32,000 bases of DNA from assembly GCF_000018465.1 (NCBI RefSeq), contig NC_010085.1:900001-932000 (forward strand). Reading direction: 5' to 3'. The position numbers were made by a program, and so were the translations under genes. Numbering within the stretch: position 1 is the stretch's first letter; each line of letters starts with the position of its first letter. The notes under the pieces are model-generated. The model saw only the letters and a list, made by a program, of their open reading frames with translations. It was not told the DNA's origin and did not search any database. Source of the stretch: Nitrosopumilus maritimus SCM1. GTDB taxonomy: Archaea; Thermoproteota; Nitrososphaeria; Nitrososphaerales; Nitrosopumilaceae. Below are positions 16,755 through 24,262 of this stretch, one piece after another.

Positions 16755-16994
16755 TTACCCCTTTTGAATAATTTGAATTACGTCAATGTTAGAGTTCTTG
16801 ACATCAAGACATCCTCTATTTGTTATCATTCTTGCTGTATGAGCAAAATATCTACTGTAATAATCACCTTGTTCAACATCATCGGTTCCAATCTCTTTGG
16901 ATTCAGAATCTATACCGATCTCCTTTAACATACTACTAAATTTCTCAGGCCATGTTTGATAGACGAATGTATCTGGCTCTGTATCATGCATCAA
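16755..16994 (-). CDS. Hypothetical protein (79 aa), upstream partner; ends in A_AAG_GGG TAA
   Basis: ORF with an acidic N-terminus and no motif recognised. See the frameshift finding. Confidence 0.45.
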   Translation of the reverse strand: MMHDTEPDTFVYQTWPEKFSSMLKEIGIDSESKEIGTDDVEQGDYYSRYFAHTARMITNRGCLDVKNSNIDVIQIIQKG

Positions 16995-17073
16995 AAATCA
17001 TGAATCATACCCACAAATAAAGATATCAAGAAAAATTTCCTAGAGATCAATCCAATTAAATATCACAAAAGAT

Positions 17074-18855
17074 TTGAGATTTCTATCTATGTTAAAATTC
17101 CAAGACAAAGTCGCACTGGTTACAGGAAGCGGAACAGGTATTGGAAAAGCCATCGCAACAAAATTTGTAGAAAATGGTGCAAGTGTGATTATTCTAGGTA
17201 GAAGAAAAGAACCACTTCAAGAGGCTGCAACAGAACTTGAAGGAAAAATCCCACAAGGAGTAAATGCAACAGTCAAAATTTTTGCAGGAGTAGATGTTGC
17301 AGATGAAACAGCAATGAATGAAATGTTTGACACATTAAAAAATGAAGGAACCAATGTAGATTACATTATTAACAATGCAGGAGTTTCTGGTCCTGTTACA
17401 TGTTTTGCAAATTCGCCATTAGATGAATTCAAAAGTACTATTGCAATTCATTTGACTGGAACCTTTTGGGGTTCAGTTCAAGCACTAAAAGTAATGAAAG
17501 AAGGAGGAAAAATAATTACAATTTCAACATTCTTTACTGAAGAAAAGCCTCTAGAGCAAAGACCATACAGATTTAGAAGTCCATACACAGCATCACAAGG
17601 TGCAAAGAACAGACTTGCGGAATGCATGTCATGGGAATTAACGGATAAAGGAATTATATCAATTGCAACAAATCCAGGTCCAGTTCATTCAGATAGAATT
17701 TACAAGACAGTATATCCAAAAGCAGCAGCAGAATTTATGAGAGTTAGCGGATTTGAGGACTTAACTCCAGTTCAGGTTGAAGAAGCAAAAGATGATTTAC
17801 TAGAATGTATCGAAGCAGACGGAATTAACAAAGAGGGAATTGCAAAGACAGCAGAAAAATTAGCAAATGGAAGAGATGTCGCAAAATTAACAGAGACATT
17901 TACAAATCTATTAACAAAAATTAAAACTATAGCTGAGAAAGTACAAAACAACACTTCTCACATGATTGCAAATAGAGAATTTTTGTCACAAGCACAAGTA
18001 TCTGAAACAGTTCTCAACTTGTGTGATGATGAAATTGCAAAGATTATCAACGGCAAAGTGATTCCAGGAGATAGAGTATTTTATGCAGTAAAACCTCACA
18101 TTGGAACCACAGCACCAGGAGTTCATCAACCAGACTTTACAGGAAAAGCAGTAGTCTTTACCATTGATGGAACAGACAAGACAGATGCAGAAAGAGTTGA
18201 ATTTTTGGCAAGCCATGTTGAGAAAAATGGCGGTAAAGTTGCATGTTTCATTTCACAATCAACACCTCAAGAAATTCAGGATTCTATTAGTGGAAAATTC
18301 CACTCTCATGTAGTAGATATCAAGAATCCTGAGGAAGTAGAAAGATGGTTAAACACTGCCAAGACAAACATTGGAGAAATCCTAGCAGTGGTTCATGTTA
18401 CAGGTAAACTACCAGAAGTAGGAAATCTAACTGAACTAACCAGAGCAGGCTGGGAAGAATTAGTTGCAAAATTCATATCAACACCAGCAACTGTTGCCCA
18501 AAAAGCACTAGAGCAATTTGTCCCAGGAGGAGGAAAAGATCCAAGACTCTACAAAGACAAAACAGGTTCTATCATGATTATTGGTCCAGACTTGCCAGTT
18601 GGAAAAAAAGTTTCAGGAACACAAAGAGCACAAGTGGAAGTTTTCAGAGGAGCATTAAGACCATTTACAACAACAGTTAATCAAGAATTAAGTGACGTAC
18701 TAAAATCTAAAATCAGAATGTTTACTGTATTCCCAGGTTCTGTAACAGGAATAGAGCCAGACAATCAAAAAATTGCGGATGCATTTAATTTCCTAGTATC
18801 AGAAAATTCTGCTTCATCATCTGAAGTAACTTTCTGTGTTGACGAATCAAGATAA
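17074..18855 (+). CDS. Two-domain SDR-family oxidoreductase: N-terminal classical SDR, ~130-aa helical insert, C-terminal degenerate (pseudo-)SDR. The likely true start is ATG 17089 (MLKFQDKVALVTG).
   Basis: The N-terminal half has KVALVTGSGTGIGKAIA (TGxxxGxG), IINNAGV, ITISTFF, and PYTASQGAK (Tyr kept, Lys position is Gln, Lys at +7). The C-terminal half keeps the strand pattern (GKAVVFTIDG / ILAVVHVTG / GSIMIIGP / IRMFTVFPGSVTG) but lacks the glycine-rich and NNAG motifs. Confidence 0.75.
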   Translation: MRFLSMLKFQDKVALVTGSGTGIGKAIATKFVENGASVIILGRRKEPLQEAATELEGKIPQGVNATVKIFAGVDVADETAMNEMFDTLKNEGTNVDYIINNAGVSGPVTCFANSPLDEFKSTIAIHLTGTFWGSVQALKVMKEGGKIITISTFFTEEKPLEQRPYRFRSPYTASQGAKNRLAECMSWELTDKGIISIATNPGPVHSDRIYKTVYPKAAAEFMRVSGFEDLTPVQVEEAKDDLLECIEADGINKEGIAKTAEKLANGRDVAKLTETFTNLLTKIKTIAEKVQNNTSHMIANREFLSQAQVSETVLNLCDDEIAKIINGKVIPGDRVFYAVKPHIGTTAPGVHQPDFTGKAVVFTIDGTDKTDAERVEFLASHVEKNGGKVACFISQSTPQEIQDSISGKFHSHVVDIKNPEEVERWLNTAKTNIGEILAVVHVTGKLPEVGNLTELTRAGWEELVAKFISTPATVAQKALEQFVPGGGKDPRLYKDKTGSIMIIGPDLPVGKKVSGTQRAQVEVFRGALRPFTTTVNQELSDVLKSKIRMFTVFPGSVTGIEPDNQKIADAFNFLVSENSASSSEVTFCVDESR

Positions 18856-18857
18856 GA

Positions 18858-19307
18858 ATGAAAAAATTTTCAGAGTTTAGAGTAGGTGATGCATTTCACT
18901 CTACATGCAGCATTTCAGAAAAAGAATTAGAAGAATACCTAAATTTTTCAAGAGTTAGAAATGCATTCTTGGAAGACAAACAGAAAGGTGAGCAAATTGT
19001 TTCAGGACGAGCAATCTTATCTAGAATGGAAGGAGAATTTACAAGACTAAGTCAGATTTATGGAAATCATATTATTTTTCTTGGAACAGATGGAGATCCA
19101 GACTGGAAGAATAGAAACACACGATTTCTCAAACCATTATACACAGATCAAGTTTTGAAATTAAAATTCACAATATCACAAGTAGAAGATATGGACGATG
19201 AATTTGGAAAGATAGGAGTAGATTATGAAGGGACAGATAACGAGGGGGAAACAATAGTACTGTCTAAAAGAAACATCTACAGAATCAAAAAAGAGCCTCC
19301 AAGATAA
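18858..19307 (+). CDS. MaoC-like hotdog-fold protein with a degenerate hydratase-2 motif
   Basis: FRVGDAFHSTCSISEKELEEYLNFSRVRNAFLED...IVSGRAILSRMEG aligns by eye to the MaoC dehydratase N-terminal pattern (F.vGd......tit...v..fa.lSGD.NPiH.D......iv.G). SGDxNPxH is replaced by SRVRNAFL. The start lies 2 nt after the SDR stop. Confidence 0.5.
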   Translation: MKKFSEFRVGDAFHSTCSISEKELEEYLNFSRVRNAFLEDKQKGEQIVSGRAILSRMEGEFTRLSQIYGNHIIFLGTDGDPDWKNRNTRFLKPLYTDQVLKLKFTISQVEDMDDEFGKIGVDYEGTDNEGETIVLSKRNIYRIKKEPPR

Positions 19308-19353
19308 AACAAGCTTTGATTCAAATACGATACATGAAAATAATCATATTCGT

Positions 19354-19361
19354 TTAAATAC
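19354..19361 (+). promoter_or_regulatory. TATA-box-like TTTAAATA upstream of the response-regulator gene
   Basis: Centred ~29 nt upstream of ATG 19387, consistent with a leaderless or very short-leader archaeal mRNA. Confidence 0.4.
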
Positions 19362-19386
19362 TCTTAAGGTAAGATCTACTTAAGGT

Positions 19387-19764
19387 ATGAAAATTTTACA
19401 CATAGATGATAATGCTACTTTCACAGAAGTACTCTCAAAATTATTGGAACTGCATGATCACACATGTGATGTCTCAAATGATGGAAAAGAGGCACTGCAA
19501 ATGGCTTTGACAAACAAGTATGATGCCATAATTTTAGATTTAGACATGCCAGAATTTACTGGAAATGATTTCATCGATGAGTTAGTAAAGGTAGGAGTCA
19601 TTTCATCGCAAAATATTATTGTCTTGACAGGGTTATTGCCATCTGAACAAGAAGTACAAGACATGATTAGTAAAGGAGTCAAGATATGTGTTGAGAAACC
19701 AATTTCAATTGAAAAACTAAACGACATACTTGTATCATTGACAATCAAACCTTCTACTAGTTAG
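19387..19764 (+). CDS. Stand-alone response-regulator receiver domain (CheY-like)
   Basis: All receiver hallmarks are present: the HIDDN acidic pair, the phospho-acceptor context DAIILDLDMPEFTG, VLTG (Thr) and VEKP (Lys). There is no output domain. Confidence 0.88.
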   Translation: MKILHIDDNATFTEVLSKLLELHDHTCDVSNDGKEALQMALTNKYDAIILDLDMPEFTGNDFIDELVKVGVISSQNIIVLTGLLPSEQEVQDMISKGVKICVEKPISIEKLNDILVSLTIKPSTS

Positions 19765-19768
19765 AGAC

Positions 19769-21361
19769 ATGAAATTATTTTACAGAAATGCAATTGTTCT
19801 TAGTACATTAAATATTGCAGTAGTACTTATCCTTGCAGGAATAGTTTTTGAAAGCATCAAAAATGACAAAGTAGAAAATATTTTATCTGAAAAACAATTT
19901 GAAATAAATTTCAAAGCAGCGGATTTTAGAGATTTGGTTCGTTCAAACATAGAGCAAACAAAACTGCTATCAATTATGCCAGAGATTCAAGGGATTGTAA
20001 AGTTTACAGATTATGGCAGTTCGGGAAGCTTTCAATTTGATGAAGGGTTTTGGTCAGAGTTATTAGAAGAAAAATTCACAGAAATTATAAAAAACAATCC
20101 AAATATCCATCAAATTCAAATTTTTAGTTTTAACGGAAATGAAATCATACATATTTTTTCAGAGAATAGTGGACTACACGTAGAAGATAGTAATGAACTC
20201 AAACATTCAATGAGTAACGATGTGTTACAAAAAGTAACAAAGTTACAAAATAATGAAGTGGAAATATCAAGTATAAAACTTAGTGAAGTAAATAACAAAA
20301 TCGAAGTTCCTCACAAACCAATTCTCGAGGTAACTACGCCAATTTTTCTTAGTAATGATGAACAATTAGGATATTTGAAAATCACTTATGACATGCAAGA
20401 TTTTTTGTATGAACTCAGTCAGAGTGCAAGTGGAAAAATGCTAACAATAGACAATAAAGGATATTTCATTGATCATCCCGATAAATCAAAAATATTTGGC
20501 GATAAATTAGGCACAGGTATCAATTATTTTTCAGATCAGCCAGAATTGAAGAAAAATTTGGAGATATCAGATAATAAATTCCACTATGATGAAGATGAGC
20601 AAGAATATAGGATATGGAACAAGATATCTTATGACAAAAATGATACATCAAATTATTGGGTGGTAGTATCAGTAACTACAGAAGAAGAATTATTTTTGTC
20701 AGTTGAGCAATTGAGGTCAGACGTACAACTAGTCATGATTCCCTTTTTGGCAATAACAATAGTTGTCACCATAATAATTTCAAGACACATGTCAAAACCA
20801 ATCGAAGTTCTAACTGAAAAAATTCTCAAAATAAAAAAAGGGGAGAGTGGAGATTTGATCAATATCAAAGGAAATAATGAGATTTCTCAACTTGGTAATG
20901 CATTTAACAAGATGACAAAATCGTTAAGTCAATCACAGCACACATTAAAAGAATACGAGCAGGCAATGAAAAGCAGTCTTGCAGATGCCAAGAAATTTTA
21001 CAATCAAATAGACCAATCAACTGCAATATCAAAATTTGACATTAATGGAGACTTGACATATGTTAATGAAAAATTCTGCAAGATGACAAAATATACTAAA
21101 GAAGAGTTAATGGGACAAAATCAAAAGATTCTAAGATCAGGATATCATGATGAAAAGTTTTATCGTGAAATGTGGAAAACCATTCTATCAGGAAAGATCT
21201 GGACAGGGAATTTAAAAAATAAAGCAAAAGACGGTTCATATTTTTGGGAAAAAAAGATCATAATTCCAGATGAAAACTCTGAAAATGAGATTATTGGATT
21301 TTTAGCAATTCAAATTGACATACAAGATCTGATGGAAAAAAATTCAAAGGATTGGACATAA
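19769..21361 (+). CDS. Membrane sensor protein: TM, ~290-aa extracytoplasmic Cache-like domain, TM, HAMP, PAS. No HisKA/HATPase kinase core.
   Basis: TM1 is AIVLSTLNIAVVLILAGIVF and TM2 is LVMIPFLAITIVVTIIISRHM. The HAMP-like segment is SKPIEVLTEKILKIKKGESGDLINIKGNNEISQLGNAFNKMTKSL. The PAS segment is ISKFDINGDLTYVNEKFCKMTKYTKEELMGQNQKILRSGYH...GKIWTGNLKNKAKDGSYFW...GFLAIQIDIQD. The ORF stops 10 aa after PAS. Confidence 0.7.
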   Translation: MKLFYRNAIVLSTLNIAVVLILAGIVFESIKNDKVENILSEKQFEINFKAADFRDLVRSNIEQTKLLSIMPEIQGIVKFTDYGSSGSFQFDEGFWSELLEEKFTEIIKNNPNIHQIQIFSFNGNEIIHIFSENSGLHVEDSNELKHSMSNDVLQKVTKLQNNEVEISSIKLSEVNNKIEVPHKPILEVTTPIFLSNDEQLGYLKITYDMQDFLYELSQSASGKMLTIDNKGYFIDHPDKSKIFGDKLGTGINYFSDQPELKKNLEISDNKFHYDEDEQEYRIWNKISYDKNDTSNYWVVVSVTTEEELFLSVEQLRSDVQLVMIPFLAITIVVTIIISRHMSKPIEVLTEKILKIKKGESGDLINIKGNNEISQLGNAFNKMTKSLSQSQHTLKEYEQAMKSSLADAKKFYNQIDQSTAISKFDINGDLTYVNEKFCKMTKYTKEELMGQNQKILRSGYHDEKFYREMWKTILSGKIWTGNLKNKAKDGSYFWEKKIIIPDENSENEIIGFLAIQIDIQDLMEKNSKDWT

Positions 21362-21428
21362 GAATTAAAAAATACAAAACAAAAACTTTGATTTCATTTG
21401 TTGATTAAAAATTTGTAAGTTCAGAAAA

Positions 21429-24179
21429 TTAAGGAGTAGATTCAGTAGTTCTGATAACAGTGCACACGCCATCAATTAGTTTAGTGCCAGTACCACAGAA
21501 ACCATACACCTTTTGAGGCTCTCCAGAATCATGAAAATCAACTGCTTGACCTATTGAAGAGTATTGAGAATAATTATCATCAAACCACTTCTGGAATTTT
21601 TGATCAATGTTGTAACGTGCAACATAATAGTATGGATCCATTGATTCATCTACAAAATCAGCAGGAATTTGTGGAGGTTTCTCTAATCCGACTGCCTGAT
21701 AAATTGAATCGTATTCTGAATAATTGTCATCAAACCACTTCTTGTAATTTGGTTCATTGTTGTATCGGTCAACATAGTTTTGAGGGTCTACAGATTCATC
21801 CACAAATGAAGCCAGTCCCAATTCACCAGGTTCTGTCTTTACAGGTTCAGATGTTGGCTCGGAGGTTGGTTCAGATATGGGTTCTGAAACAGATGAGTCA
21901 TTTACTTTAATCTCTATTGTTTGGGAATCAAATAATTCATTTTTCCTAACTTCAACTACAATATTGTATGTCTGACCACCATCAGAAGATGAAGGTGTCC
22001 ATGCAAATGCACCAGTGTTTGAGATTATTTTTGCACCAGAAGGAGCATTCTTTAGACTAAACACAGGATCTTTGATTGTATTATCAGTTAGTTTAACTGC
22101 AAATGACAGCAATTGGCCTTCATTTACTGTCAATTTGCCCATAGGACTGAGTGCAAGACCAGTAATCTTGGCAGTTGCAGATGATTCATTTGAAGGTTCA
22201 CTAACACCTACAGAGTTTATTGCTGAAACTCTATACGCATATTTTGAATTCTCTACAAGCTCAGAGTGAACATATGTTGTAGAAGAGTTTTGGGTGTCTT
22301 CAACTACAGTACTAAAAGAACCATTATCTTTTTTAGATTCAATCTTGTATCCGGTAATTTCAGAATTGCCATCATCAGTAGGAGAGACCCATGTGAGAGT
22401 TATAGAAGTGGAAGTTTTGGTAGATGCGGTTAATTTGATAGGTGATGAAGGAACAGTCATATCTACAGATGTTGAAACTAGTGGATCTTCAGTAGTATCA
22501 GTAGAATCGGATCTAGGGGTTGCAGAGGCAGTGTTTGATTCCCCTGTTTGACCAAATCCAATATTTGCAGTAACTGCATACGTGTAAGTTTTGTCAGTTG
22601 CCAAATTAGAAACAACATATGTCAAAGTCTGTCCATTAGTACTTCCAACATCATCATAAACGCCAGGAGTAAGTACGCGTTTTATGTTGTATCCGCTAAT
22701 TGATTGTTGGAATGTTTCAGAAGGTGCCATCCATGAAAGTTTTATCTGACTAGGAGAAATTGCAGAGGCAGTTAATGCTACAGGAGTGGTTGTGGATTCT
22801 GGTTTAACTGTAGCAATTGATGATGCACTACTAGTTCCCACAGAGTTGATAGAATATACACGGTAACTGTAGGTTTCACTTTCAGATAATCCATCATGAA
22901 CAAATGAAAATACATTGCTAGATGCATCAGGAGTTATCGCAATATAGTTTTCAGAACCTATCCTATACTCAATCTTGTATCCAGTAATTTCTGGAATGGT
23001 TTCATGTTGTTCAGGAGCATCCCAAGTAAGAATAATAGATGTAGGGGAAACAGGAGATGCATCAACATTTACTGGTTTTTCAGGGGTTTGCACGGCAGGT
23101 TCAGAGTTTAGATCAAACACTTGAATTCGGTCATTTTTAGAATCTGCAACATATAACAAATCATTAGAATTGTCTAAAGCAATTCCAAGAGGAGAATCAA
23201 ACTGTCCATCGGCTGTTCCAGTAGAGCCAAACTCATCTACAAAACACACGCCATCAATAATTTCATCGGTACCATCAGGACACGTAGTTCCATCAACAAT
23301 CTCAAAAATTTGGATTCGGTCATTGTCAGAATCTGAAACATATAACAAATCATTTTCAGAATTTAATGCCAAGCCAGAAGGATCATCAAATTCACCTTCA
23401 TCATCTCCCGAAGAGCCGAATTCTTTGACATAACATATTCCATCTACTGATTCTATTGTACCATCAGGACACGTAGTTCCATCAACAATCTCAAAAATGA
23501 CTATTCTATCATTTCCAGAATCTGCAACATATAACAAATCATTAGAATTGTCAATGATCATTTCACTTGGATTTGTAAAATCATCATTTCCGTTAAAAGA
23601 GTCAAAATCAAATAGAAAATTTCCAGTAGAGCCAAAAACAGAGATTGAGTCATTTTCAGTGTTTGAAACAAATATTTTTCTTGAAGAATCTTGAATTGTC
23701 ACACCTTGTGCACCGCCAAGATATTCATCGTCACCACTATCAGATGAACCAAGTTTGAATTGGAATTCTCCATCATCGTCAAATACTTGTACTCGCTCGT
23801 TTTCAGAATCTACTACAAAAAATTTACCTAATGCATCCATAGCAATGTAAAGAGGAGTGTTAAACTGTCCATCTCCATCTTCTTCAGCGCCATCAGCATT
23901 ATCATTACAATCTTGAATTTGTGCTACATTACAGAAAGTACCATATAGAAAATCAGCATCACCATCATCATCAAATACGTTTATTCGATTATTGTTGTTA
24001 TCTACAACATAAATTTCCCGCCCATTACTTTTCACTATAACATCAGTAGGATTATCCAGTTCATCGTCATCAGAACCAAGAGTTCCAAATTTGAATGAAA
24101 ATTCCACATCAGCATATGCAGTCGGGATTATTGCAATCATTCCAATCAAAAACAGGCTTAAAACAAGATTTTTTTCCAA
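21429..24179 (-). CDS. Large secreted surface protein: signal peptide, NHL-repeat beta-propeller, 3 x FN3, cadherin/Ig-like domain, Pro/Thr/Glu linker, 2 x 50-aa WFDDNY module, Cys hairpin (TTG start)
   Basis: The signal is MEKNLVLSLFLIGMIAIIPTAYA|D. The NHL blades are DNNNNRINVFD, SENERVQVFD, SGNDRIVIFE, SDNDRIQIFE and SKNDRIQVFD. FN3 signatures are LTWDAP...ITGYKIEYR, LSWMAP..ISGYNIKR and LTWVSP...ITGYKIESK. The Ig-like segment is FSLKNAPSGAKIISNTGAFAWTPSSSDGGQTYNIVVEV. An in-frame TAA 5 codons upstream of the TTG limits the start. Confidence 0.85.
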   Translation of the reverse strand: MEKNLVLSLFLIGMIAIIPTAYADVEFSFKFGTLGSDDDELDNPTDVIVKSNGREIYVVDNNNNRINVFDDDGDADFLYGTFCNVAQIQDCNDNADGAEEDGDGQFNTPLYIAMDALGKFFVVDSENERVQVFDDDGEFQFKLGSSDSGDDEYLGGAQGVTIQDSSRKIFVSNTENDSISVFGSTGNFLFDFDSFNGNDDFTNPSEMIIDNSNDLLYVADSGNDRIVIFEIVDGTTCPDGTIESVDGICYVKEFGSSGDDEGEFDDPSGLALNSENDLLYVSDSDNDRIQIFEIVDGTTCPDGTDEIIDGVCFVDEFGSTGTADGQFDSPLGIALDNSNDLLYVADSKNDRIQVFDLNSEPAVQTPEKPVNVDASPVSPTSIILTWDAPEQHETIPEITGYKIEYRIGSENYIAITPDASSNVFSFVHDGLSESETYSYRVYSINSVGTSSASSIATVKPESTTTPVALTASAISPSQIKLSWMAPSETFQQSISGYNIKRVLTPGVYDDVGSTNGQTLTYVVSNLATDKTYTYAVTANIGFGQTGESNTASATPRSDSTDTTEDPLVSTSVDMTVPSSPIKLTASTKTSTSITLTWVSPTDDGNSEITGYKIESKKDNGSFSTVVEDTQNSSTTYVHSELVENSKYAYRVSAINSVGVSEPSNESSATAKITGLALSPMGKLTVNEGQLLSFAVKLTDNTIKDPVFSLKNAPSGAKIISNTGAFAWTPSSSDGGQTYNIVVEVRKNELFDSQTIEIKVNDSSVSEPISEPTSEPTSEPVKTEPGELGLASFVDESVDPQNYVDRYNNEPNYKKWFDDNYSEYDSIYQAVGLEKPPQIPADFVDESMDPYYYVARYNIDQKFQKWFDDNYSQYSSIGQAVDFHDSGEPQKVYGFCGTGTKLIDGVCTVIRTTESTP
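21537..21812 (-). repeat. Tandem duplication (period 150 nt / 50 aa) encoding the motif FVDES.DP..YV.RYN....(Y/F).KWFDDNYS.Y.SI.QAV
   Basis: Copy 1 is ASFVDESVDPQNYVDRYNNEPNYKKWFDDNYSEYDSIYQAVG and copy 2 is ADFVDESMDPYYYVARYNIDQKFQKWFDDNYSQYSSIGQAVD, separated by LEKPPQIP. Confidence 0.85.
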
Positions 24180-24262
24180 TTTAATGTCAATTTACGCTGA
24201 TTTTTAATAAATTAGAAGAAAAAAATCATCGGTCTTTTGATCAATTAGATTAACCCATATTT

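Noticed and set aside
19363-19387. 9-bp direct repeat CTTAAGGTA (19363-19371 and 19379-19387, spacing 16 nt) just upstream of the receiver gene
   Set aside because: It is short, and the second copy overlaps the start codon, so part of it may simply be a ribosome-binding or initiation context. On its own it is too weak to call a regulator site.
21863-21892. Micro-repeat encoding SEPISEPTSEPTSEP
   Set aside because: It is an ordinary Pro/Thr/Glu-rich interdomain linker, probably a glycosylated stalk, inside the surface protein. It is not an independent repeat element.
21554-23694. Plus-strand ORFs inside the NHL/FN3 gene (21554, 22015, 22294, 23170, 23497)
   Set aside because: They are antisense to a continuous 916-aa ORF with a signal peptide and multiple recognisable domains. 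The internal repetition in 21554..21910 only mirrors the WFDDNY tandem repeat.
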